Source: the human T2T-CHM13v2.0 reference genome, Homo sapiens
Strand: one strand, 5' to 3'
Length of the DNA: 64,000 nt
Assembly (NCBI RefSeq): GCF_009914755.1
Contig: NC_060928.1
Of the stretch, positions 1 to 12,968 are shown piece after piece. The translations under genes were made by a program, and so were the position numbers. The notes below the pieces were generated by a model. The model was not told where the DNA came from and did no database searches. It saw nothing but the letters and a program-made list of their open reading frames with translations. Each line of letters starts with the position of its first letter. Within the stretch, counting starts at the first letter, position 1.

Positions 1-844
1 TTGCATGCACCTCATGGGCCAGCTCACTCAAACTTTAGCCCCACCTGTGGTGTGGCCATTTTTTGCCCATCTCACAGATGAGGGAACAGAGGTCCAGAGC
101 AGTGAGAGGGCCCAGGGCTGCAATGATGAGGCTGCGTGTGGACTCCAGTCAGACAGTACACTGTTCCCACTAGGCTGTGCTACCTTTTGGCTTTTTTGTC
201 TTCACTTGTCCATGCCATTTTTAGGAAAGAGATTTGGTTTCCGTCTTTTATTTCAGGCATGGAGAAGAAACAGGAAGTCCAAAGAGCAAGAGGATGCTGA
301 GCCAGTCCTCTGCCCTTGGCGGCCAATGCTCACGAGAGCAGACATGTGGACCTGGCCATCCCTGGAGGTCCCCAGCCTGCACAACTATGCTTACAATGAC
401 ACTTCGGTGGGCCGGCGCGGCTGTTCTGACTTCTCTGCCTGGCTGGCCTGTGTCAGTGTGCCACGCTGCTCCTGTGCAGCAACACTTGCCTAGACCACCA
501 GAACCAACTGGAAAAAAAGCACAGGTTGGAGCCAAAGGTTGGCTCTGCTGCTCTACTGGTTCTGTGACGTTGGGTAGGGCTTTAGTTTTTGTGCGTCATT
601 TTCTTCAACTGTGTAATAGTGATAATTCCTACTTGACTGGATTGTCATGAAGATTCAACAGGACAACATATGTAAAAGGCTTGGGATAGAGAAGGCATTC
701 ATAAGTATCCATAATACTAGTAATAACTGAACACTAGAACATTCTAATAGTTATTACTGATGATCCCATTTTACCATTGAAAACAACCTATAGCTTTTAT
801 GTTATACTCATCAAAGTCACTCATGCATTCAACAAAGAATTCCC

Positions 845-1015
845 CTGCGGAAGGCCGCAGGGTCCTCTGCCTAGGAAAACCAGAGACCTCTGTTCACTTG
901 TTTATCTGCTGACCTTCCCTCCACTATTGTCCTATGACCCTGCCAAATACCCCTCTGCGAGAAACACCCAAGAATGATCAATAAAAAAAATAAATTAAAA
1001 AAAAAAAAAAAAAAA
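845..1015 (+). mobile_element. 5'-truncated SVA (SINE-R 3' end + poly-A) inserted in an L2 relic
   Basis: ctgcggaaggccgcagggtcctctgcctaggaaaaccagagacc...cccaagaatgatcaataaa matches the SVA 3' terminus. Poly-A tail present. TSD aaagaattccc at 834-844 and 1016-1026. Confidence 0.93.
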
Positions 1016-2234
1016 AAAGAATTCCCAAACACTGTTCTGGGCTCTGGGTGAGGAAAACAAGACAAGATTCTGCTCTCACAGAGCTTGTGCTCTACGCGGG
1101 AAATCAAGTAGGGTCATGGGACACAGTATCTGGGAGCTGCTGTAGGTGGGGTTGCCGGGTCTGTCTGAGGAAAAAATACCTGAGACCTGTAAGACATGCC
1201 AGGAGTGGATAGAGAGAGCTTGAAATTTCAGGTGGCTTAAGCAGCAACACAAACGCCTCAGTCTGAGAAGCTCAAGGCTGGGGAAAGACTGGATCCCATT
1301 CTTCCTCAACAGAGCTGTCTTCATGCTCCACTCCTTATCTTCTTGAGGGCTGGAAATCCAGCTCTTCCCTGATTAACTAGGGGACTCTGGGCAAGACCCT
1401 TTGCTGCCTTTTGCCAATGTTAAAATGAGATGCTAATGTTCCACCACCTCTTTGTGCAATTATTAAAAGTATCATGGATAAAATGAGAATCAAAAAGTTT
1501 TGTCTACTGCAAACTGCTGCACACTTAAAATGCTATCACTTGCCAGGCACAGTCACTGGAGGCGTGCCGTGTGGTAGTCACATTCCCCACGTCTTAGAGG
1601 ACAGTGTCACATCCTAGCAGCTCTAGGTGACATCTATTCCCACACACAGATAGCATATTCCATCTGGCTTCTGTCACACCAGTGTCCAGATGAGCTGCAC
1701 ACAGACATTGCTGGACGTGAGCTGGCAGGGGCTTGGCAGACCTATCAGTTCCTTTTGAAACCCACCCATAGATGGTAAGCTATAGCAGCTGGAAACCAGA
1801 AGGCAGGTAACTAAAAGGAGGTGCTATCAGTAGTTAAGGTGTTACTCTTTTCACTTTTCAGTCATTATCTTACTTTTTTCACATTACCATAGCACTAGCA
1901 ATTCAAACAATTAAAAAGCATCATAGTGGCATTTATAAAAGACCCATTTAGTCTAGAAGACTATTTTACTGTTGTTGAAAAGACATCTATTATTAGTAAA
2001 ATTCTTCCAAGGCAAAATGTCTTCTTTAATTATGCTACTGCAAATTTAAAGCATATGAAAAGCACCGTAAGAATTAGGAAATCAAATGGGAAAGTGTATA
2101 TAAAATACACATTTATAATTTTTAAAACTCAGTATAAAAATAAGGGCAAGGGCATTGAGGATGAGTTTCTCCTCAGTGAAACAGTCTTATGAAAACCAGT
2201 TAAAAATAAATAATTAGGCAGAGAATAGCATTAC

Positions 2235-2323
2235 CATTTGTATTTCTTCTGGGGATAACTCATCTTCGCCTTTGCCATCTCCCCACGTTCCCAATTCAGG
2301 TTGTGTTTCAGCCAAAATTTTTT
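2235..2323 (-). CDS. STX18: Syntaxin 18 exon 7 (89 nt; EKILAETQPELGTWGDGKGEDELSPEEIQM)
   Basis: Within ORF 2214..2492(-). Acceptor poly-T+aacag, donor ATG|gtaatg. Phase 1-0; leads into the SNARE motif. Confidence 0.97.
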
Positions 2324-4380
2324 CTGTTAAAAAAAAAATTGAAAATAGAAGACCAAATATGTGTTTTAGAATAGGCTGGCTTAGGATGTAGTCATAACAC
2401 AAACAAGAGATTAAACAGAATCTTACAGCTTTGTCTATATATTTCATGATCTTTGGGCTAATATTCAGGCACTGCAGACATGATTCTTTCACAACATTTA
2501 GGCTTTAAATTGTCTTTGTGCAGGCACGTGCATGTGTGTGTGTGATGGGGAGGGGGACCTATGCACGGTTTCAGTATCGCACTGATGTCAGCAATGGCTG
2601 CAAACTAAATGGACATTATTCAGAATGTCTTCAGAATTCTTCAGAATGAGTCTTAAAGTATGTTTTACTTCAAGACACATACACCCCTGTCTACTTTTAA
2701 AGACTGTAAGACATATTTTTATTGTAAAAAATACATATGCATATATACATACATATATATATATATACAGGAAGTGATATACTGTTCTCCAATCCTATTC
2801 CTCTCCCAGAAGTTACTGCTTTGATGTAGCTTCATAGATTTTATCTAAAGATATTCACATACAAAGATATATGAGTCCCTGTCTACCCATGAAATTCAAG
2901 TAATACACAGTTTTGTGTGTATGGCGGCTTGCTTTTCACACAGATATCAATAGTAACATGCTGTTCTAAAACTTGCTTTGTATGATTTATTGATACATCT
3001 TGGAGATGGTCCAAGTAGATCTACCTTGTTCTTTTAAATTGCTGCATGATATTCCATCGTGAGGATACACTGGTCTTTAGCCATAACTACGCTGACAGAC
3101 CTCAGTGGTTTCAGACTGTTCACTGGTGTCATGGTACTGTGTCCCGGTCTGTGCTATGTGCACATGCTGGAGTGACTCTCTAGGACAGATACCTGGGCAT
3201 GCAACTGCTGAAAGGGAGCGTAGGAACATTTTAATCTGGAGAACTTTTTCATTATGATCAAGGAAAGGTGATGCATCCTCCATTGAAGCATGTCAATACC
3301 ACAGGCCCCTAGAAAGGACTGCTGCCGCCCAGGATGACGGTAAGAGGTCTGTGCAGTTCATCACCGGGGTAGGGTTGGGAGCGGAGGGGAGAGGGATGGC
3401 AGGGATGGATCCTCGGGGGAGACTGTAATGAAGTCACTTTGTGTCTGTGTCTCAGGGCTTATCAGTGAGCTTCCAAGTACTCAAAGGCAAATACTGCTTC
3501 TTTTTCCTTTTTTCCTCAATCTCAGTAAATTTCCTGTAGTCAGTCTCAGCCCCATGAGATGGCAACAAGTCCAGATCTTTAAATAGGGGAAGAGAACGTA
3601 ATGATAGCAACAATGTAGAGAAAGCTCACTAGGCAGGCCATGCCTGAAAGTTATGGTTATTTATTAGAAATATATCTTTACAAAAAAAACTGCATGTCAT
3701 CCACAACTTAGTGCATGCAGGCTTTTAGAAAAATGGCTGTTTTTACCAGAAGTGTCATTATAGAAAAACATGTGTTTGTAAAAGGTTGGCTAAAAGTATC
3801 TTTAGAAATGATCTGATATTTTCCTGAGATGACATTCTTTGGGTAGGAACATTTGTACTTTCATCTACCCCCCACCCCCACCTTATGAGCTGTCTCCTAC
3901 TTGTCCTCATTATGGTATCCATTTCAAGCTTTTACTGTTGTTGATTTCTTTTTTAAGGAAAAAAACATCAAAATTAGAAACAGAAACCTTGTTCATATCT
4001 GAACCAAGCATAAATTAACTCTGAGCTAGAATGGGAAAGTTTTCTTAGCAGAACTCACACTCTACAACATGCTCATTTGTGGCCATCAGAAGCCTTCTTG
4101 ATAGGCTGCCCTAAGGATCAGCCTGAAGCACAGCACCCACCATGCCAGGCCTCTGCCCAGGCCACCCGTGCACCCTGGTGCCACAGAGGCAAGTCCAGAC
4201 TCCCTACTCTGGCATTCAAGGCCCTACCCACCCTTCCAAGCTTACTCCCACCTCTCCTCCCACTGATGGGCTTCACTGATCCCCACGGGTCTTCTTTACT
4301 GACTATATCCCACCCAATCTCCAGGCTTTCTGGCCTCTGAGCATTTGCTCATGCTGCTGCCTCTGTCTAGAACTTTCTAA

Positions 4381-4722
<342 letters not shown>

Positions 4723-4865
4723 CAGACTCACTTCTTAGTGCCACCTCCTCTTGAAGTCTCCCTGGCCCTCTGCTCTCTCTTGAGGTACTACTTACTTTCT
4801 CCCAGGGGCTAGAGCCTTATCTTTCCCATCAACTGTGAGCTCCCTGAGGGCAGGAATCACATCCC

Positions 4866-5050
4866 TGAAACTTATTGAGCTCCAATGTGACACCCAAAGG
4901 AAATACTCATTGGAGCTTTCCAGATTTTAGTTTTCAGATTAGAGATGCTCAACTGGTAAGGACAATGCAAATATGCAAAAATTTGAAAAAACCCTAAATC
5001 CAAAACACTTCTGGTCCCAAGCATTTCAGATAAGAGATACTCAACCTGTA
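4866..5050 (-). mobile_element. Tigger4a/MER46-type TcMar-Tigger non-autonomous element (partial)
   Basis: Ends with ...cacttctggtcccaagcatttcagataagagatactcaacctg|ta, the reverse complement of the CAGGTTGAGTATC... terminal repeat followed by TA. Confidence 0.75.
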
Positions 5051-5860
5051 ATTTCTGTGACATGTCCAGGACCATGCCTAGCATCTGGAAGACAAGAGTT
5101 AATAAGAACTGCCATGAGACTACGGAGAAGGATGCTAAAGGGGACTCCCAGGTCTCTCCTGGCTCCAGCACGCCATCACCCTGTGATTCACACAAAGAAC
5201 CCTGCTCCACTCTGCCTTTGAGATATGGCAAACTATGCAGGCATCCCTACGCAGGGGTACCAGCCAGACACACAGATCGCAGACATCCATGACCACACTG
5301 TGTATGTCCCCCTACATTTTCGGACTTCATGGAGACCCTGTATTTCTTCTGCATCTCCTGTGCATCAGGAACTATTCTAAGCCATGGGCCCTCTAGTATC
5401 TGTGGTGATAGGCAGCACGTCAATTCAGATTTGCATTTTGTCCTGTTGGTTTGACTGGCTGTGCAAGGCTGCTGAGGTTATACACTCTACCCGGATGCAG
5501 GCCTGGCAGCTCAGAGCTGACATGCAGGGCATGGCTGCCAGGGAGGCAATGCTGCCTCTCCTGAGGCCGGCACACAGGGCTCCTGAGGCAGACAGCTCCC
5601 GGCCTCACCCCTCCAGCAGGCCCTTTCTCCCGGACCCCGCCAGCTCCCAGGTGACTGGGTGAATGCACCCCCTGCCTCTGTGGCACTCACGAAGATCAAC
5701 TGTGACAGACACAAAGGCTGCCGCCTCCTGCTTCCTTTGCTTTATGCAAATACAAACACCAAAACATGTCTGAGACTGTGCTACTTCGTTCCTGTGCTGT
5801 ACTCTTGCCAACATGTCACAAGGAAGAAATGCAAGGTGAGATTTTCATCTCAATTCGTAC

Positions 5861-5976
5861 CTGGACGTTCTTCAGTGGCAGGGTTTTCTTCAGAGTCTTT
5901 TGAAGGACTCTGTGAAACTTTCTCAGAAGATGTGGATTCTCTTGTCTTTGTATTTGGTTCTGGTTCCAGCTTAGAT
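5861..5976 (-). CDS. STX18: Syntaxin 18 exon 6 (116 nt; SKLEPEPNTKTRESTSSEKVSQSPSKDSEENPATEERP)
   Basis: Manual translation continues the frame from exon 5. Acceptor ttatttatttttag, donor CAG|gtacga. Phase 2-1. Confidence 0.96.
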
Positions 5977-6354
5977 CTAAAAATAAATAATTAGCAGGCA
6001 GGTATTTTATTTCCATAACAGGATTCCTTTTTGAAAACAGAAGGAGTCACATGTGACCCTGCGCTTTTGCTCTGTGTCCCTGTACTGGGGAGCAGTCACT
6101 GCCTCTGGGCCCAGTGGCCATCCGGACACACCTCCACTGGGGCACTTAACACTGGCATTATTGCCTGCAGGGTAGAGATTGTGCATGCCCTCTGCATTTG
6201 CAGCCACGGCACAGTGACCAGCATGCAGGGGGAGGCTGCAGTTGGTATGTGCTGAATACACTCCATAGACTGACACACCGCACTCAACAAACCCAGGAAG
6301 CTGGATTGATGCTTACCCAGTAGTTGACACTAATGCAAAAAGATTGCTGAGTAT

Positions 6355-7122
6355 GTTATTAATAATAATATATAATACATATTATACATATATTCATATA
6401 TATATATATACCCCCACACACATATATACCCCCAACACATGTATACCCACACATATACACACACCACACACACACATATATACCACATATATATACCCAT
6501 GCACACATATATACATACCCTCCCACATATATACCCACACACATATATACCACCACACATATACCCCCACACACATACCCCCACATGTATACACACAATA
6601 TATATACCACATATATATACCCCCCACACATATATAACCCCCTACATACACACGTACCCCATATATATACATACATGCATGTATATCCCCCACATATACA
6701 CACACACCACATACATACATATATTCACATATACTCACCCACATAAACACACACACATACCCACACATATACACATACCATATATACACACCCACATACA
6801 TATACTACATATATATACCCCCCACTCACATATATACCCCCTACATACACACACACACCATATATGTGCAGATATGTATATATACCCCCCACATATACCC
6901 TCCCCCACACACATATATCTACATACACATATATACATACACACACACACTCATATATACCCCCACATATACATACACATATACTCCCACATACACACAC
7001 AGAAACACACACATATATACCCCCTACCCATATATATACACACACACACCCCCACACACATACCCCCCAACATATATACTCATACACACACATATATATA
7101 CCTATACCCACACACGTATATG
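6355..7122. repeat. Long degenerate (TA)n/(CA)n/C-run simple repeat (~770 bp)
   Basis: Interleaved tata, caca and cccc motifs. Source of the many H/T/Y/I and C/V/G ORFs in the track. Confidence 0.95.
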
Positions 7123-8252
7123 TTCTAAGTCACATCTTAATATAAGTTAGCTCTGAAAGCACAAGTCCTTAAATACCCACTTGAAGGCACAGACTTGTTT
7201 CAGGACTGAGTCCTCTGCACTTGGCATTCCCCTGTTTCTTCCCCACGGGCTCTTCCCAGGGCATCGTCTTCCTTCCCATCTACAGGGCTCAGCTCAATTT
7301 CACCTACTCAGAGAGGCCACCTCTGACTCTTCTGTGAAGGAAAGGCCGCCTCCCACTCCTCTGCATCTGTTTTCTCCATAGCAGTTATCACAGTCTATAA
7401 TCCCCCTGTTTATTTATCTGTTGGTTGTCAGCCTTGCTCCTAGATCCCAGATTCTGGATTAGTGCCTGGTATTCCATTGCATAAATATATGTTGAATGAA
7501 TGAGTGCATTATAAATACAAGTAACTGGTTAATAAGAAAACGTTTAGGTTATGCAATAACAGGCTTTGTAATAGCTTTACTAGAATCTACATAAATGCTA
7601 TAAAATTATAGGCAGAGTGCTATCTAGGATAAATTCCATATTGTTAGGCAGAGAGACTGTAATTAAAGGAACAATGTAAATGCATATTAGGGTGATATTA
7701 CTAATGCCAGCTAACATTTGTTAATGGCTCATATAGTGGACATTTTTTCTAAGCAATTTGTATGGATAAATTTATTTAATTTCGAATATCCCCATCAGGT
7801 AGGTACTAGTATTAACAACCTTTTAACAAAGGAGGAAACTGAGGTGTAGAGAAGTTAGGAAACTTGCCCAGGTCACAGTCAGCAAATGGCTGGGCTGGGA
7901 CATGACCTCAGGGAACCTAGCTCTGAAGCCCATGCTCGTAACAACTGCTCCATGTGGGGTATATTCTACCCATCCTGGGCTGTGGGAAAGGACTTCTGTG
8001 GTCGAATCAGTCTGAGAAAGCTGAGTCAAAGCTAGAAAGGTGTTTCACTATATAAGTTTTCAGAGCCTTTAATATGCTCAAATACATTTTGAATTTCCAA
8101 AAAGGATGGTATTTGCAAATAACCTGATTGCAGACACTCTCTTCACAGAGTTTTTTGAGAGCAGTTTTCTCAAAAAGACTATTTAGGAAATGGTCCTCTA
8201 CAAAATTTAACAAAAAATTTTTTCAAAAGTCACTGTTATCAATCTTTTTAAT

Positions 8253-8813
8253 TGTTCTGGTTACTACAGCTGAGTCATAAAACTTAGTGCCTTGAAACAG
8301 TGAGATTTATTACTGATCACTGCTTCTGGGGTCAGGAATTTGGGAACACCTTGGCTGGGTGGTTCTGGCTCTGTGTGTCTCAGGAGGGTGCAGTTAGAAG
8401 GCAACTAGGGCTGCAGTCATCTGAAGGGCTGACCAGGGCTGGAGGGTTCACTTCCAAGGAGGCCACACACATGGCTAGCAAGTTGGTGCTTGCTGGGAGC
8501 CTCATTTCTTCTTCATGGAGCTGCATGAGTGTGTTACTGGTGCATGGCAGCTGGCTGCCTGCAGGGCTGGTAGTCTTAAAGACTTTGGTGGAAGCTTCAG
8601 TGCCTTTCATGACCTAGCCTTAGAAGTCAGAAATCATAATTCTGGCCATATTCTACTGCCCAACACATTCACGATGGTCCACTGGAGTTCAAGGGGAAGA
8701 AACACAGACTCCAATTTGCTTTCTCAATGGAGCAGTAACATCACTTTTTAAGAAGAGCATGTGGTATGGGATCTATTTGGGGGCAGCTTTCTTTGGAAAA
8801 TATAATCTGCTAT
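8253..8813 (-). mobile_element. MaLR solo LTR (MLT1G/H-like)
   Basis: Motifs gggtcaggaatttggg, ctgcagtcatctgaagg and ctttggaaaatataatctgc are typical of MLT1 LTRs. Confidence 0.7.
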
Positions 8814-9798
8814 TCTAAGTATCACAAATATGCACAAAGGTAAAGTTATAAGGATATTCACCACAAAACTGCTTATAACAACAACAAAATGACTTAAATG
8901 TTCATGATAATGTACCTCATTTACAGTTGGAAGATATAATGAAAGAGAAGATTCTACTTGCAATAGCCAAAACAAAACAAAAGATAAAAAACTAACAATA
9001 TCAACAAAAACTTTAGAATAAACTTAAGCCCAAAGCCCATACGTAAAAAACCAAAAAAGATTCCTGAAAGACACAAAGGAAAGGACACATCATTCTTGGA
9101 TAGAAAAAGAAATATAAAGATGTTGGTTCTCCCTAAGTTAATTTATAAATGTAATGTGATCCCAATAAAAAAACATCACCAGGTCCCATCCTGAAGCCGG
9201 AAAAATCAACTATGAAATTCATCTGGAAATAAGCAAGAATGGTCAGAAAAACTGTAAATAAATATTGAACTCTAGTTAATGATATGCATACTAAAGTATT
9301 GAAGGGGAAGGGCACTGTTTGTAGTTTACTCTGAAATCTATTTTAAAAAGAGACTAAATGCATATGGAATGATAGGCAGGTAAAAGAAGCAAGTATGGTA
9401 AAATGTAAATGCTCGAATCTAGGGTATAGGTATATGGGTGTTCACTGTAAAATTCAATTCTGCCATATGTTTGAAAAGGTTTATAGTGAAAATATCATGG
9501 AGATTAGGAAGGGGAGGCAATAATAGCCAAGATAACCCTAAAAAACCAAGTGTGGTATTAGAGCATGAAAAGATTGACAGACCAATGAATAGGATATAAA
9601 ATTCAAAACCAGACTCAACTGCATATATGTATTTAATATATGATATGGTTTAATAAGTTGCACTGGGATAATCGGTAGTTATATGAAAGAATAAATGTTT
9701 TCCCTCTCCCTACACTGTACACCAAGGTAAATTCCAAATGCATCAGAGATATACACATAAAAAAATGAACCACACATATGAAAAAAAAAACATGGGTG

Positions 9799-10100
9799 AA
9801 CTGGGTGCGGTGGCTCACTCCTGTAATCCCAGCACTTTGGGAGGCCGAGGAGGGCGAATCACTTGAGGTCTAAGCCCAGCCTGGCCAACATGGTGAAAGC
9901 CTGTCTCTACTAAAAATACAAAAATTAGCCGGGCGTGGTGGCACGCACCTGTAGTCCCAGCTACTCAGGAGGCTGAGGTGGGAGAATTGCTTACGCCTGG
10001 GAGGTGGAGGTTTGCAGTGAGCCGAGATCACCCACTGCACTCCAGCCTGGGCGAAAGAACGAGAGTCCGTATCAAAACAAAACAAAACAAACGAAACAAA
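9799..10100 (+). mobile_element. AluS with (CAAAA)n tail
   Basis: Dimeric Alu with a short deletion in the left arm; degenerate TSD catgggtg/catgagtg. Confidence 0.9.
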
Positions 10101-11334
10101 GCACCATGAGTGGTGGGGCATGTTGATGGCTATTGGTGGTGAAGGCTATTAGTGTATTGGCGGGTGGGGAGGACAGTGAAAGAGGTATATGGGAACTCTT
10201 GGTACTTTCTGCTCAATTTTGCTATGAACGTAAAACTGCTCTTAAAATAACAAGTTTATTAAAAAAAAAAAAAAAAGCCCCACCATAGGTAAAGCAGACA
10301 GAGAAAAAGACCAACAGCCCTACAGTAAACTAGGCAAGAAAGTTCACACAAATGCAAATGGCTTTTAAACACATGAAAAATGCTCAATCTTCCTCATAAG
10401 AAGATGATGCATATTAACAACTACACTGCGTCATTATTTCTTGCCTACTGGGACTGGTGAAAATACCCAAATGTGAAGACATACTGGGTAGGTCAGGCTG
10501 TGAAGTAGGCACTTCCGTATATTGATGGTGAGAGTACCAAACAGTGTGACTCCTATGGAGGGGACCTTGGTAATATCCTGCAAATTAACATGTATTTAAT
10601 CTCTAATCCAGCAATCCCACTTATGGGACTCTATCCCAAAGATATAACAATAATATGAAAAAGTTATTGATTATAGCAATTTCGTAATTCAATTTTAATA
10701 TGGCAAAGGCCTAGGAAAAAATCCACATGTCCATCAACATGGAACTGGTGGAAGACACTCTGCAGTACTATGGAGCTGTAAAATAGAATGTATACCTTTA
10801 TACACTGCTCTAGAGCAATCAAACAAGATGGGGAAAAGCATGTATAGAAGGGATATTCCTTAATCTGATAAACACGTACAAAATCTACAGTTAGCATCAT
10901 ACTTTATGATGAAAGCCTAAGTGTTTTCCCTAGGATGAGGAACAACGTAAGGACCCAGTAGATCTGAACAACAGAGGAAGAGAAAACAATTACAAAATCA
11001 TTTTATGAGGCCAGTATTACCCAGATTCAGAAACCTATGAAGATATTACAAGAAGAGAAAATTAGACACATATCTTCATGAACATAAAAGCATCCTTAAT
11101 ACAAACAAACTGATTTTAGCAATATGTAAAGACAATAATGTATCATGACCAAATGAGGTTTAACCCAGGAATACAAAGTTGGTTTAACATTTGAAAATCG
11201 ATCAATGTAATACACCCCCTTAACAAAAAAAGAAAAAAGCCTATATGATCATTGCATTAGATGTAGAAAAAGCATTTGAAAAAGTCAAGATCCTCTGATG
11301 ATAAAAACTTTCAGCAAACTAGGAAAATAAGGTA

Positions 11335-12178
11335 TGCAGTAAAGGGATGACTCAGCAGGTTTGTGGTGTTCAAATTCTGCACATTCCAAGGAAAAAACTG
11401 GCCCTTGCTTGGCTCCTGGGAGATAACCTCTAAGCTCCTAGTACGTCTTGTCTGATGAGAGTATCTTTGTATACCTGGGGGCATTCCAGATAGTTTATGC
11501 TAACAGAGTGATTTATGACTGGGGGCCTTGGGCCACTGTATCAGTGCATGGCAGACACACTTGATGGCAATTTAAGTAATGAGGGCTGCCATGTGGAGGT
11601 TGTTTGGCGGGAGGGTGGCTAAGTGAAGGTGTATACAAACTACATTCTTTTTACAAGCAGTAGTGGTTCTCCTGTCCAGCCCACTGCCACTGGACTGCTC
11701 TATAAATAAGTTCCCCCAAATAAACTCTGTTTTGTTTGTTGGCTCGGGGTCTCTTCTTCAGCCTCTTTGAACCAAGTGCCATCCCTACTGAAGTTAACAG
11801 GGGTCTGGCATGACCATCAGTTTGACCTCTGGAGGGGCTGGAGACTGAGTTAACTACGGCCTGCTATGCTAGCACTTCACATCTACATCACTGACCCCCA
11901 ATGAAAACCCTGAACACCAAGGCTCAGGTGAGCTTCCCTGATTGACAATACATGGTGACACAGGTATTGGGAGACACATATTGGAAGAATTAAGTGCTGT
12001 CTACACTATTCCACTGGGAGAGGACAGCTAGAAGCTTGTACCTGATCTCTCCTGGAGTTTGCCCTATGTGCCTTTTAGCTTTGGTGATTTTAATCTGTAT
12101 TCTTTCACTATAATATACTGTAACTATGAGTATAATAGTGTTTCTGAGTTCCATGAGTTCTTCTAGCAAATCCCTCAA
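11335..12178 (+). mobile_element. MER21-family LTR, interrupted by a nested LTR
   Basis: Starts tgcagtaaagggatgactcagcagg; contains ggctcctgggagataacctctaagc and tgacctctggaggggctggagactgag, resembling MER21C. Confidence 0.7.
11545..11815 (+). mobile_element. Nested solo LTR (LTR47/MER72-like, internally deleted)
   Basis: TG start, AATAAA, end tgccatccctactgaagttaacaggggtctggcatgacc. 5-bp TSD atcag at 11540-11544 and 11816-11820. Confidence 0.65.
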
Positions 12179-12571
12179 TAAGAAAGGAAATTTCCTTAAC
12201 CTGATAAAGAACAGCTACATAATACCTACTTCTGTGATATACACATAAAAAAATGAACCACAAATATGAAAACAAACTAACAAACAAATAAACAATGGGT
12301 GCGCTGGGTGCAGTGGCTCATGCCTATAATCCCAACACTTCATACTTAATGGTGAAGTATTAAATCCTTGTCCCTTAATCAAGAGCAAGGAAAAGATGTC
12401 CATCCTAACCACTTCTATTCAACATGGTACCAGAGGTCCAGGCCCTAGCCAGTGCAATAAAACAAGAAAGGAACAAGAAATAAAAGGCATAAAGATTAAA
12501 AAGCAAAACTACTGTTATTCACATATGGTATGATTATGTATGTAGAAAATTGATAGAATTTACAATAAAAA

Positions 12572-12968
<397 letters not shown>

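Noticed and set aside
5-650. Overlapping 162-, 138- and 95-aa ORFs
   Set aside because: No recognisable homology or splice context; the 3' part runs into a MIR.
5659-6016. ORFs 5659..5994(+) and 5816..6016(-)
   Set aside because: Antisense or off-frame shadows of STX18 exon 6.
6330-7150. Cluster of long ORFs (up to 229 aa) rich in H/T/Y/I or C/V/G
   Set aside because: These are translations of the CA/TA simple repeat, which lacks stop codons in several frames.
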